Part shown: in pieces, positions 25,601-37,135 of the stretch
Numbering within the stretch: the first letter of the stretch is position 1
Layout: every line of letters begins with the position of its first letter
From: Phoronis australis
Taxonomy: Eukaryota; Animalia; Phoronida
Assembly: GCA_002633005.1 (NCBI GenBank)
Contig: NMRA01000148.1
Coordinates: 496,001 to 560,000 of the forward strand
DNA length: 64,000 nt
Reading direction: 5' to 3'
Translations under genes and position numbers: made by a program
The notes under the pieces: model-generated
The model's input: only the letters and a program-made list of their open reading frames with translations
The model's database searches: none
What the model was told of the DNA's origin: nothing

Positions 25601-28600
25601 CATCCTGTTCACTCCCTAGTGGCAGTTTTAGTATGTTGGCCAAAATGCCAGACAATTGAAATTTCATTTTGTCTAATTTCCAACTATTATAATTCTCCAG
25701 AAAATTTTACTTTTTTGTATGATATAGCTGTCACCAAAATATTTGACAAATTTTGAGCACTTGTAGTGATGTTGTAAACCCCTTAAGAATAGAAAAAATT
25801 ACTAGTTTACTAATTATTTTTGATCCAAAATTGAACAATTTTTACCACTGCTAAAGTGGCCTCCAATATCATTAAAAATTGGACATTTTGATTCGGGCAT
25901 CTCTCAGAAATAGTTTTGCCAATTACTACTTTGGTTGAGAAAACCATTCTCCTAATGTCTGGCAAGATTTGAAAATGTGCGGCCTTCAAGAAAATTGTAG
26001 GAACTGGCATCATCTGAGAAGGATGAAATGCAGTGTAGGGGTTAAAAGCTTGCTTTTCTGAACTAATGGTACCAGGAAGACGTTAAAGATGTATTTGTAT
26101 CCTCCTAACTATGCTAATTTATAGCAGGAACTAAACAACAATGCTATTTGAACATCGTCTACGCTAAACAAAGTGCAGTTGTATTCAGTGACAATTTGTA
26201 AATGGGAAACAAAAAAATCTGCAAACAGGTGACCTTTTGCACTAATGACGTACCTTGGGGGCTCACATAGCCTGCATCATGCAGTGTTATCCCCAACACC
26301 ACGTCACAATTCTTACAGGACACGGTTGAGTGATTTACGGTGGATCATTTTCGTCACAAAATTCTTTCTTAAAAACATCTGGCAATTTTCAGCCTACTCA
26401 TATTCACATGGTCACTGTATGTTGTATTTGTGTTTCTAACTAATTTGACCCAAGCAATCACAGAGATAAGGAATTAATGTGCAAGTTCCACTTTAAACAA
26501 CTTTGTGTGCTTATGTGTTCTATGAACATGTGTTAGTCAAAATAAAGTTTTGTGAGGCAAACTCAAATTTCGACCTTCTCCATTAGTGGCATGTTAAAAG
26601 CAAACTACTGAAGGACTAATAAATTATATGAGATCAACATACACTAAGTTTCATTCATTAAATGTAAAGTTCATTTTAACAAGTCGAATGTTTTGATATC
26701 AAATATTTCAAAGCAAAGTGAGTAAACAGATTGCATAAGGGTGGATAAACATTTGCTTCTGATCTGTGGTTGCTTTGATAGAGGATGTGGCTTTCTCAGT
26801 TAGTTGTTTTTCAAAAAAGTAGACCCTGGTTTTCTATTTTCAAAATAATGTGTTTTAGTGAGCATAAAACTCCATTTTCTTCCTGTTTTATAAGTTGGGA
26901 AATTCCGTTTTACTATTTCAAAGTGATAAATAACTAAAAAATCTGACCAAACGGCCTGTTTTCCAGATCTGCACCTGACTTATTCTAATATAGTCTGGGT
27001 TTGAGACTTCATAGCGGCCTCAAAAATTATGCTATAATTGTGCATTGACTATTTTCCTTGACCTGATCTCTTTTGAAATAATGAATGCCACGGTCTAATG
27101 AGCATCTCGTAAGTTGTTTTAGCGACGTGTCTGCGACTAAAATAGGTTTAAAGTTTTGTTGCTGATTTTTGTCTGTTACGGTAAAAGTCTCACCCATTTA
27201 GGACACAATATGGGTGGCAAGCGAAATTAATAAATTTTTTTGTGAAAGATATACAGCACAAAATCAAACTATATTTCTTCTTCAAGTTGTGCTTGAAATT
27301 CACAACACTGTTAGAATCCCTTGGAAAATGAAAGACAGACATTTTAGGAAATATTTTTTGTCTTAAATTAGTGAGATTTTGCCACATAAAATGCACTGTG
27401 TGCCTCCGGCTTAGTGCACAGTTAAAGAAAATAATTTTGAAAGGTAAGAGCTTGCATACTTTAAACATGAAAAAAAATCTCATTTTAGAGTGGAGGTCAC
27501 AGAAGACGGAATGAAGTCGTTAGTAACACTGGCAAGTGGTGACATGCGAAAGGCACTCAACATTTTGCAGGTAAGTTATTGATGGTTGGCTGTATTGAGA
27601 TGGTGTTTGTATACCATTGGTCTCTACAACAGAAATTGATAAAATGGCCATTAGGCCATGAATAACAATTGGGTCTGGTCTGTGTGTTGTTTGGTTTTTT
27701 GAAAGTTGATTGCGTGATGCAGTATTGTTTTGTCAGATGTCTGAATTTCAGAAAGTCACCTTATGACAGCTGAAATGGGTCACTACTTTTTATTCCCAAT
27801 ACCACCTGATTTTAGCTTAAAGTGGAACTTGCACGCTAATTCCTTATCTGTGTGATTGCTTGGTCAAGTTAGTTAGAAACACAACATTCAGCGACAATGT
27901 GAATATGAAACAGGTTGAAAATTGCCACATGTCTTTAAGAACAAGTTTTTGTCAAGTGATCTGCCGTAAAACACTCATAGACAACTGTGTTCAGTAAGTG
28001 TCGTGACGTGGTGTTGGGGAATAACACTACATGATGCGGACTTAATGTGAGTCCCCAAACTTCACACATTTGCAGAGTTTTTCGTTTCCACATTTACAAG
28101 TTGTCTGTGAATACAAGTGCACTTTGTTTAGCGTAAATGTTGTTCAAACAGCATTGTCATTTGGTCCCTCTATACAGTAGCTTAGTTAGGAGTATGCAAA
28201 TAAATCTTTAAGTTAACACTGTTGTTTAGTTCCTGCTATACATTAACATAGTTAGGAACATGCACATACTTTTTTAAGGCACAAGTTTCAAAATTAAATC
28301 AGTTTTTGGCCACAATAAGATCAAAAACCGGACGATTGCCGCACAAATAAAAAAGTTCATGTTCAATTCAACGTTTCGTCTTTTCATTAGACATCATCGG
28401 GATCATATTTACAACAATTTAGGACAACAAGTGCCAACATACAGCTCAGGTAACATCCATACTTGAAGTGAGAGATACATAGAATATGGTCAGTAGTGAT
28501 GACCAGCTACTGACCATATTCTATGTATCTCTCACTTCACTCTATGGATGTTTCCTGAGCTGTATGTTGGCACTTGTTGTCCTAAATTGTTGTAAATATG

Positions 28601-31600
28601 ATCCCGATGATGTCTAATGAAAAGACGAAACGTTGAATTGAACATGAACTTTTTTAAGTTTCAAAATGAGTGGTGTAAAGCAGAATCAGTTATGCTATTT
28701 TTTGCATTCGCCTTTTCCATTATGTTCCTAATTAAATTTTCACAAATTATAAACTTCCACTTGTCCCTGATCTGCATTCTGTGATGTAATGGATTCTTGA
28801 AACACTTGCTGCAATCTTTATTTGGTTATGGAATGAAGACTGGGAACTTTTTTCCAAACATCGCACTGTTCCAGCCTCGTCGGCGAATGATTTCAATTTG
28901 CGGTCATTTTACTAGTGAGTTGCTGACCTTAATGACCATTTACTTTCATGTTTTTGTGCGATCTTGTCCGATTACTTTTTTATTTCAAATTTTGTCATTA
29001 TTTCACTCTTCAAATTCCGTATTGGCATATAAATGTTTCATCTGCATACAAATTGGGTTTAATTCTTCACTCAGAAAATGCTGTGTGATTGTGAAGAAAC
29101 CAATGAAAAGTTTCCTTTGGATACAAATACTGTGTTACATTAATATTAAATAGAATGACACAAAGGTGGGCTTTACATTTCAGAGTACTTCCATGGCCTA
29201 CGACGTTGTCAATGAAGACAACGTGTACACATGTGTAGGCCATCCCTTACGCAAAGACATTGAGAACATCATCAACTGGATGCTAAATGAAGACTTCACT
29301 GCTGCATACACTAGTGAGATCCCGTTATTATGATTATGATTACGATTATATTCTCTGTGTATGAGTGAGTACATTTAAACATGACTGGCGCTCATAGTAT
29401 CAAACTTGGAAAATGACGACAGTATCCATGCATGGAATACTTACGGAAAATTCTAAATGAGTAAATACGAGTGGACTACTTCATAGGATAAATATACTAG
29501 TGATGACTGATGTTGTCAAGGTCACTGTATTCTCACTTTTTGTGGGAAAAGTCATGGAAAACGAAAATTTTATCTTAACAGACTTCTATGAGTAGAAACC
29601 ATTTTGAATTCCTGTCACGCCAAGCTTGTACTCGGAATGTCTACAGGCCACTGCAGATGGAGAGCTGTGTGTCTCTAATGGAAATGTCTGTAGCAAGATG
29701 GATTGTAAAGATTTTGCCTCAGGAGGTGATGAGGCGAATGTCGCACTTGTTAGATTTCTTTTAGTTGGCGAGCTTAAAAGTCCACACAGCGTGTGGGTGA
29801 GGTGACCTAAATGTTTATTCGATTGCCTACACCGACTCTAATTGGTTGCCTGGGTCTCAATATACAATTGTGTGACTCATTCACACAACTATTAGCAGCC
29901 TTCCTGATGTGAACAGTCTCTCTGATCCATATGATAAATCTATTTGAATCTCTTTCCAAGATGGAAACATTTTCTCCATCAATGATATTATAAGACTTGG
30001 TCAACCAACCACAATGTCGCCCCATAGTGACACCTTTTGGTGCCAGCCTCAATGTCAAATTCTTTGATGGATATTAATGAAATTTGACACACCTGTTTCT
30101 GTTAAAGAGAACAGTGCTGGACAGGTGTTAACTTTTGGACAGATCTGACTACTGACAGTGGTGCTTCCTGGTGGCAGTTTGGACTTTCTTTGCGTCTGCC
30201 TCATATCTTCTTAGCTCTTTGATGGATATTTATGAAGTTTGGCACGTGTGTTCCTGTTATTGAAAGTATGTCTGGTGTTGATTGTTAGACAAGCCTGACT
30301 ACTGTGCTGCCCCCTGGTAAACCATTGCATCTACCATAATACCTATCAAGTTCTTCAATGGATCTTCGTAAGATTTCACCTAGTTATGAGGAGAGCATAG
30401 CTGACGATGATTTTCACATGGATCCTACTTCTGTCGATATATTTGAAAACATGAGCCCCCCCCTTGTGTCTTTATTGTTCATGATGCAAACGGTGGCCAC
30501 ATATCAACACTGTCAATGCTCTTTGTTGTTTTTGTTTGTTTCAGACATTTTGAATCTGAAAACTCTGAAGGGTCTGGCCTTACAAGACATCCTTACAGAA
30601 GTGCATGTGTATGTTCACAAAAGTAAGTTTGAAGTGCCTTCAGTACAAAGGCTTTTTGTCTTTGTCTTAAACCTATTCAGATGATATCTAAACCTCTAAT
30701 TACTGTCTTGCGCTCCTGCGACTATAAAAAATATATAATTATGCCTTTCAGTTTACATGTTAGCTGGATACATACACAAAATGTACCGAGATTAGTGTAG
30801 ATGATGTAATATTCCGCGAGACATTATTCCAAGTATAATGTCAAGTATTTATCCCATACGCTTTGAATTCCTAAATTTCTTTCATTTTTTAGCAGATTTT
30901 TAAAATACTTCACTCAGACTGTTCACATGATGGATCGCATCCTATATGTATGTACTTGCGCGTTAGGTTACAAGTTCAGTCTAGTAAAAGAAACAGCTTT
31001 AAATGTAATGATTTATTACTTGAAAAGAGATAGCAAAGATGACAACAACGGTAATTGTGTATTGAACTTGTAACATTTCCTGAAAATAGTTAAATAACAA
31101 CACTATTTGATATTGTAGTTACTTAGGAATCGGCGCCTGAGTTGCAGACGATATAATATTTAGCAATCAGACAAGTGTCATGTAATTAAAAGTTCTGTTC
31201 CAGATGTTACATTTGGGACCTGATTGCATGTTGAGTGTTATTTATACTGGTGCAATTTTATTACTTTAAACTATTTTGTGGAAAGTTTGATAATTGAACC
31301 ACCTGGGTTCTAGATACTGGAAATTACTATCAAGGACTTGACTAATCTATTTATCTCCCATTTTCAGCGCAAAACTCACAAAACAAAAATGAACATATCC
31401 AACTTTCGTTTTGCTTGACATCATTCATGGCTATACAGTGCAGTGGATCAAGCCACACACTTGAGCATCTTCTAGAGGACATTGCAACATGCCTATCGGG
31501 TTTTCCCCACCAAATCATTGCCACCTACTAGGAATGACTGTGTGTGATATTATCCAGTAGTTATTTACTGATATGAGGAGGGAGTAAATTATATTGTCCT

Positions 31601-34600
31601 ACATGAAGTTCACATGCAGACTTCATTGTTTTGAAGACAGACATAAAATGCATTGAATGTTTTAATATTTCCTGTCGGTGTTTTTCTGTTTTCTTTATGT
31701 CAAGTAATGTCATTACTTTTACAGTTGACTTCCCGATGCATGTGAGGATTCACCTCTTAGAAAAAATGGCCGACGTCGAGTATGTGTCCCTTTACTCACA
31801 TTTACATTCTTTTTAAGCTGGTGTTTGATTTGTGAAATCTTGTCGTTGAGCTTGAGTCTGAAGAAAAACTGTTGTCCCAAATTTAGTCTAAAATTAGACG
31901 GGCTTTTTATTATGCAGCCACAGTTGTGGGTGCATATTGCCAACATTTCTGTCTGGCCATCTAAATGTATTTCCATCAAGCTGAGTTTCGTACATAGCTG
32001 TTTGAAGGGGCCCCACCACCACCACACTCTAGTGGTATTTAAACTTTTTTTCTGAATTGTTCAACTGATCTTTGCAAAACTTGGCAGATGAGATGTCAAC
32101 AAATGTTTGGAATGCTCCACAGGGTTCTCCACTTCTCAAAATTAAGAGAGGGCAGAACCATGCTGGACCACAGCGCCCTGTTAAAACAGCCTGTGGAGAA
32201 CCCTGCTTCCTTTCTGGAGCGTCCCTAGTGGCAGTTTTAGTATTTTGGTTCGGTTTTTTACATCTGCTTCTGTGTCTGTCAAATGGTTTGTAGAATAGTC
32301 TTGAAATTTAGCCGATACGTTTCTAGTGAGGAAAGATAACCTGATTTTGGACGAATCCATCTTTGCCTTGCCTCCAAGTGGCAACTTTTTGGACCTGCCT
32401 CAGTATCTACAAAGTTCTTTAAGGGGTCGTCATGGAATTTATTAGGTGTGTTCCTCTTAATGAGAGCACATTGTACGTTGAATTGATCCAACTACCACAC
32501 ACCTCTTGTGCCAATTTTTGCATTTGCCTCTGCCACTGTAACTACCATGTCTCTTGGTGGAATTTCATGTAATTCGACAGATGTGTTTCGGTAAAGAAGA
32601 AAACCACACCTGCCTGCTCCAGTATATTGTGTGCCCCCTAGTGGCAGTTTTGTTGTCGTCTGCCGTTCTATTTGCCAGCTGCTTTGAAGAATAATTAAAT
32701 TTAGGATTGTTTTGATTAATTACCAACGTTGATTTTTGGATAGCTGCTTCCACTACTTTTCCACCTTGCAACAATATGTACCATGAAATTTGTCTGATAA
32801 TATGCTATGAACATTCCCACTAAATAAGATTGGTTCTAACCCCAGTGGTTAAGGTAAACGGTGGGGTATGGAAAATTGAACTAGACCGTATTTATCCACC
32901 TTGGCTGAGTCGCGCTCGGCTCACGATCAAAGGGATGCTGCCAAGCTGCTCTAGTCATCGAGTCACGAGCGAGGATAATTGGCTTCGCTCATGCGGATAT
33001 GATCAGCTGATTACAATCTAGCTAGCAGACTGTACTTTTTATGGAGAGAGTTTTACGCAGTTTTTACTGTAATATTTGAAAAGAGGAGCGAAAACAAATA
33101 TGAGTACAACTTTGAATTTTTCAAATCGGCCCAGGATAAGAGATTTTGCAACACAGCAACACTCANNNNNNNNNNNNNNNNNNNNNNNNNNNNNNNNNNN
33201 NNNNNNNNNNNNNNNNNNNNNNNNNNNNNNNNNNNNNNNNNNNNNNNNNNNNNNNNNNNNNNNNNNNNNNNNNNNNNNNNNNNNNNNNNNNNNNNNNNNN
33301 NNNNNNNNNNNNNNNNNNNNNNNNNNNNNNNNNNNNNNNNNNNNNNNNNNNNNNNNNNNNNNNNNNNNNNNNNNNNNNNNNNNNNNNNNNNNNNNNNNNN
33401 NNNNNNNNNNNNNNNNNNNNNNNNNNNNNNNNNNNNNNNNNNNNNNNNNNNNNNNNNNNNNNNNNNNNNNNNNNNNNNNNNNNNNNNNNNNNNNNNNNNN
33501 NNNNNNNNNNNNNNNNNNNNNNNNNNNNNNNNNNNNNNNNNNNNNNNNNNNNNNNNNNNNNNNNNNNNNNNNNNNNNNNNNNNNNNNNNNNNNNNNNNNN
33601 NNNNNNNNNNNNNNNNNNNNNNNNNNNNNNNNNNNNNNNNNNNNNNNNNNNNNNNNNNNNNNNNNNNNNNNNNNNNNNNNNNNNNNNNNNNNNNNNNNNN
33701 NNNNNNNNNNNNNNNNNNNNNNNNNNNNNNNNNNNNNNNNNNNNNNNNNNNNNNNNNNNNNNCCAATACAGTATACAGCTTTCCACCAAGGCTAGGTGAT
33801 GCAAGACATTATTCTTTGTTGCATTATAGTAACTGGTCTTGGCTAATTATCATTTTATGGCCTGGTCATCCATTCAGCCAAAAGTAGTTCCAGAGGTGGC
33901 TTATCAGCCAATTATTCACGCATGCTGACTCACAATAGAAGCCTGATAAGAGTGAAGGTGGATAAATGCGGTGTTCCTACAGTTTCTTGTTTTAGTGGAT
34001 GTGTTCACAACATGAAGATTTCAGGCCTGTAGGCTCAATTTTAGATTGAATTTCCAACCTTGCCACATGATTAGCGTTGAAGCTTGTGTAAAAGTCTCGA
34101 ACCTAAGCCAAGCATCCACTTCAGTTATATTTTTTGGAATAAGTTTATTGGAGACAGATTTGAAATATCGGTATACATTAGCTTCAAATATGTTCAGATA
34201 TGATGCAACAAGAGCTAGTGTGTAGTTTACAGCTGCATACAACAATCGTTTGGTCAAGTCAGTATTGCCAATTTCATTGCAGAAAAACTTATGATGAGGC
34301 ATAATTTGACACTAGTGCGATCAATGAACTTTCTGTAGTTCATGGTGGAATTGTGTAAAATTAGAAACACTTGCCTGCTCTATTAAAAAAAATCTACAAT
34401 GTTCTCTAGACAAAAATAGATTTCTGGACGTAGTGGTGTTTGAGGCTTTGCAAAACTCATTCTGCGAAAAAAACTTTGACAAGTTTGATAAGACTATTGT
34501 TTGATTTGGTTCTATGTTATTTCTGTAGGTTCAGGCTATCTGCAGGAACAAACGAAAAAATTCAACTAAGTTCACTGCTATCAGCATTCCAAGTTGCCAG

Positions 34601-34628
34601 AGATTTGGTGGTTAAGACTGCTGCATAA
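16621..34628 (+). CDS. RFC5: Replication factor C subunit 5 (clamp loader AAA+ ATPase), complete, 11 coding exons, 1017 nt / 338 aa
   Basis: Motifs NLPWVEKYRP, Walker [19 protein letters not shown], Walker B IILDEAD, SRC box [22 protein letters not shown]-terminal [14 protein letters not shown]. All introns are GT-AG and the phases join without stops. Confidence 0.97.
17718..18087 (+). mobile_element. Satellite-bearing interspersed element (Helentron/HINE-like), truncated copy
   Basis: High similarity to 23319-23725: T-run start, CCCACAT..ATGTGG hairpin, ~145-bp internal units. Confidence 0.7.
19332..19396 (+). CDS. RFC5: RFC5 exon 2 ([21 protein letters not shown])
   Basis: TTCCAG| acceptor, A|GTAAGT donor, 65 nt. 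Confidence 0.95.
20464..20600 (+). CDS. RFC5: RFC5 exon 3 (Walker A)
   Basis: TTTCAG| acceptor, GAG|GTATGT donor; [16 protein letters not shown]; 137 nt. Confidence 0.96.
20934..21013 (+). CDS. RFC5: RFC5 exon 4 ([26 protein letters not shown])
   Basis: TTGCAG| acceptor, AA|GTAAGA donor, 80 nt. Confidence 0.95.
21487..21560 (+). CDS. RFC5: RFC5 exon 5 (Walker [25 protein letters not shown])
   Basis: TTTCAG| acceptor, G|GTCAGT donor, 74 nt. Confidence 0.95.
22835..22994 (+). CDS. RFC5: RFC5 exon 6 (SRC motif)
   Basis: TTGCAG| acceptor, AA|GTGAGT donor; [33 protein letters not shown]; 160 nt. Confidence 0.96.
23101..23250. mobile_element. ~150-bp MITE-like element
   Basis: Imperfect 22-bp TIR: TCTGTTATCGAGTATAATGTGG versus TCTGTGCTCGATTATATTATGG (reverse complement of the right end). 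Confidence 0.5.
23319..24258 (+). mobile_element. Satellite-bearing interspersed element (Helentron/HINE-like) with (GTCC)n and an internal array of ~130-160-bp units, running into a gap
   Basis: T-rich start, short hairpin, CCGTCCGTCCGTCC microsatellite, recurring ATGAAATTTGG and CTAGTGGC at ~145-bp spacing. The family assignment is inferred from architecture only. Confidence 0.7.
24259..24984. other. Assembly gap (N run)
   Basis: N characters. Confidence 1.
26083..26496 (-). mobile_element. ~410-bp TTAA-flanked MITE (Kolobok-like), copy 1
   Basis: TTAAAG..CTTTAA ends; reverse complement of 27817-28211. Confidence 0.75.
27489..27570 (+). CDS. RFC5: RFC5 exon 7 ([27 protein letters not shown])
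   Basis: TTTTAG| acceptor, CAG|GTAAGT donor, 82 nt. Confidence 0.95.
27817..28211 (+). mobile_element. ~400-bp TTAA-flanked MITE (Kolobok-like), copy 2
   Basis: TTAAAGTGGAACTTGCAC.CTAATTCCTTATCT.TGTGATTGCTTGG matches copy 1 in inverted orientation along its length. Confidence 0.75.
28348..28656. repeat. Near-perfect long inverted repeat (~150-bp arms, 10-nt spacer), probably Penelope-like-element derived
   Basis: Arms 28348-28496 and 28507-28656 with only a few mismatches; contains CCGATGA-T-GTCT..AGAC-GAAACGTT. Confidence 0.9.
29184..29313 (+). CDS. RFC5: RFC5 exon 8 ([38 protein letters not shown])
   Basis: TTTCAG| acceptor, A|GTGAGA donor, 130 nt. Confidence 0.95.
29870..29995 (-). mobile_element. 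Penelope-like retroelement relic (C-terminal GIY-YIG endonuclease fragment)
   Basis: [39 protein letters not shown] resembles the PLE motif H.IDW.NV.IL.RE.N...RWIREAIHIRK....MNRD. Confidence 0.7.
30060..30375 (+). repeat. Diverged units related to the 23319 satellite family
   Basis: TCTTTGATGGATATT.ATGAA.TTTG.CAC and CTGACTACTG..CCTGGT motifs repeated. Confidence 0.55.
30545..30622 (+). CDS. RFC5: RFC5 exon 9 ([25 protein letters not shown])
   Basis: TTTCAG| acceptor, A|GTAAGT donor, 78 nt. Confidence 0.95.
31725..31779 (+). CDS. RFC5: RFC5 exon 10 ([18 protein letters not shown])
   Basis: TTACAG| acceptor, GA|GTATGT donor, 55 nt. Confidence 0.93.
32040..32660 (+). repeat. Diverged units related to the 23319 satellite family
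   Basis: CCCTAGTGGCAGTTTT at ~32224 and ~32636, and CCAAGTGGCAACTTTT at ~32373. Confidence 0.55.
32885..33972. mobile_element. TIR element spanning the second assembly gap
   Basis: TIR ACCGYATTTATCCACCTT at 32885-32902 and inverted at 33955-33972; inverted subterminal ATAATTGGCT/AGCCAATTAT. Confidence 0.65.
33166..33762. other. Assembly gap (N run)
   Basis: N characters. Confidence 1.
34529..34628 (+). CDS. RFC5: RFC5 exon 11, terminal ([32 protein letters not shown])
   Basis: CTGTAG| acceptor; TAA stop at 34626-34628. Confidence 0.95.
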
Positions 34629-34777
34629 AGGTGGCGCTGCTAGTCGTCACTTGTCTTGTTGGAAAAGGACTCGTGTTCAGTTATTTGTGAAATAACACAA
34701 ATACCGTCTTTGTTGTGGTAATACTTGGATTTGCAGGAAGTCTGAATGACACCATCTGTGGAGGAAGATAAGACAAT

Positions 34778-34783
34778 ATTAAA
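34778..34783 (+). terminator. Candidate RFC5 polyadenylation signal ATTAAA (distal alternative AATAAA at 36609-36614)
   Basis: Hexamer about 150 nt after the stop codon; no transcript evidence. Confidence 0.35.
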
Positions 34784-35199
34784 CACTGTACAAGGCAAAA
34801 TAATGCGTAGTGAAACTATACCAGACTTTTTTGCAGAAGGGTCCGGTGTGCTTATGTGGAAAGTATCAGTTTAGGAACCAAAATTAGAATCTGAAGTGAC
34901 GAACACACATTCAGGTTATCCATGCTGTAGCCCTGCGAAAAATGAACCCAAGAGAGTCAATACACAACACATCGATGTATGATTGTTCCCACAGGTGGAG
35001 TTTATTGTTGGAACTTCACTTTAGTTACGACCAGCTGTCATTTCCTGTGAAATGAGGGGAAATTTTTGCCGTTCAATCATGCATATTTTTATGCGAAAAA
35101 AATTACCATATATACGCCCATTGGTCATATCTAAAGATAGGCCTTTCTGCAGAAAACTTTGGTATCCACTGTTCACGTTTTTTTGTGAATTAAACTGAA

Positions 35200-36076
35200 A
35201 TGAAAACTGTTAAATCATGGGCTATCGGAGCTAGGGAGCTTGTCAAAGATGTATGTCCAGTGGAGAACATCAACAGCATAGAGTGGTCCAAAGCCACAAA
35301 CTTTGTCATCAACACCATGGAGATTGGAGGCCGTCATTGGCGGGAAAGAGCTGACTGTATCAATCAAACAACTGTATCGGAATGGCTTGAAGAACAATCT
35401 CCCACAATCATTGTTGCAACGGACGGCTCACTAAGAGATGAGACACTACGGCTTGGGCAGCAGTTGCTTGGACTCGCGAGGGTCGGCGCCTCTTCGAATG
35501 GTCAACAGCACGGGTTGGAAAATCCTCGTCTTTTAGAGCTGAATGTGAAGCATATGAAGACGCCCTAGTCTGGCTCTCACAGAACACAACACCTGCAGAC
35601 AGATCATTTCTACTTACAGACTCCCTCAGCCTCATTAGCAGGCTAAAAACTGGTCATGTGAAAGATTCCTGGATCCCTCTGTTCAGCTCGATTAATGGTC
35701 TCTTCACCAGTGTTTATATACCAGGACACTGTGGCATCTCATTCAACGTCAAGACGGATGAGCTTGCAGACATCGCAGAACCAATTGCCGACCTGCTCCT
35801 TACACCAGCAGATATAATCACCAGAGTGCGTGAATCGCTTACAAATGCCGAGATTGTACAACAGCAGGAGAGATGGGCAACAAAGCGCCTCATAGAGCGA
35901 GGGTGGCAATACGGAGATGCAGCAAAAACTCGTATCAGGGGAAAAGATCGAAGAGTGTGTAACCAGCACGAACTTAGTTGCATCTCCAAATTTACATTGC
36001 GTGCGATACTGGAAGGAGGATGGCCAGATACTATCCCGGTGCCTACCCTCTGACGTCACCACAGAAACAGAAACAG
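35200..36076 (+). mobile_element. 5'-truncated non-LTR retrotransposon fragment encoding RNase H (frameshifted)
   Basis: IIVATDGS, then a frameshift near 35440, then SSFRAECEA, FLLTDSLSL, VYIPGHCGISFNVKTDELA (RNase H D-E-D-H-D motifs); ends in a (CAGAAA)n-like tail at 36062-36076. Confidence 0.8.
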
Positions 36077-36978
36077 TAAATTAACTTTTGATGACTGTTG
36101 TTATAAACTCAACACAATGAAGTCAGACAAAATTGTTTAAAAATTCTCAATTGCAATGCATTTGTGTGTGTGCACTTGGTCACCAATTACGTTCTCTCGA
36201 ATTCGGTACTTAGCCTTCAAATAATTATTGTCATTATGATAAATGTCTCTTAATTATTTCGCAAAAAAATAGTTGTCACACTTTTCATTTTTCTGATAAC
36301 TTTGATAACTTTGCTACAAATTGTAAACTTTACCAAATGTTATTTTGTGACATCTACGCAGTACAAATCATGCGAATAGTAGACTACAATTTTCTTAACC
36401 TTTATTTTTGTGGAAAAAAGTTGACAAAATAGAATTCTACTTGTGGGTCATATTGTGTGCTAAATAAGTGAAGGATTGTCGTATATATGACTCCAAAAAG
36501 AGCGAAGGGACATCATGTATTTCTGGAGTTCAACTGTATCCTGCAATGTTGTATCGTGATGTAATATAATGTTTACTAATCATCCTCTTTTCTTACATTG
36601 TACTGTTTAATAAATATAAGGCCCTCACTATTGTGAGGGGAATGGTGTCAATACCTTCTGAGAGGGACCTGGTGAGGGGTATTTCATGTTATTTTTAAAA
36701 TTTCATAGGGAGTTGGGCCGATATTCCGCATGAAAATTGAAACAAGGAGGGCCCAGAAATATGTTGATGAAAACGAGAATAAACACCTTGGAAAGTTTTG
36801 AGTAAAATTATTTACCAACATGTACCGCCAGGGGGAAGGGATGACAAGACAAGAGGGGGAGTAGTCGAGGTTGAAGAATATCCCAGGACAGCAACTTGGT
36901 TTAGATGGCAAGCATCAATACTAGATGAATGTGGCTGTATGGCTTGGGTCTTCTGCAACCACTCAGAAGAACCTAACC

Positions 36979-37135
36979 GGGGCGGATTCAGGATTTTTTT
37001 AAAGGGGGGGTGGGTTGAGGATTTTTCAAAAAGGGGAGCTCAAGTCTATAATTTGAAAATTCTAGATTTGATATCACTAAAATCGAGGTAAAGAAGGGTT
37101 GTTGAGAACCCCTTTGTCTCCCCTTGGATCTGCCT
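36979..37135. mobile_element. Short MITE with GGCGGAT(T/C)CA-type TIRs
   Basis: GGGGCGGATTCAGG at the left end and CCTTGGATCTGCCT at the right end, with internal G-runs. Confidence 0.6.

Noticed and set aside
33053-33804. Long ORFs of 213-239 aa
   Set aside because: They consist of N-gap translation (X).
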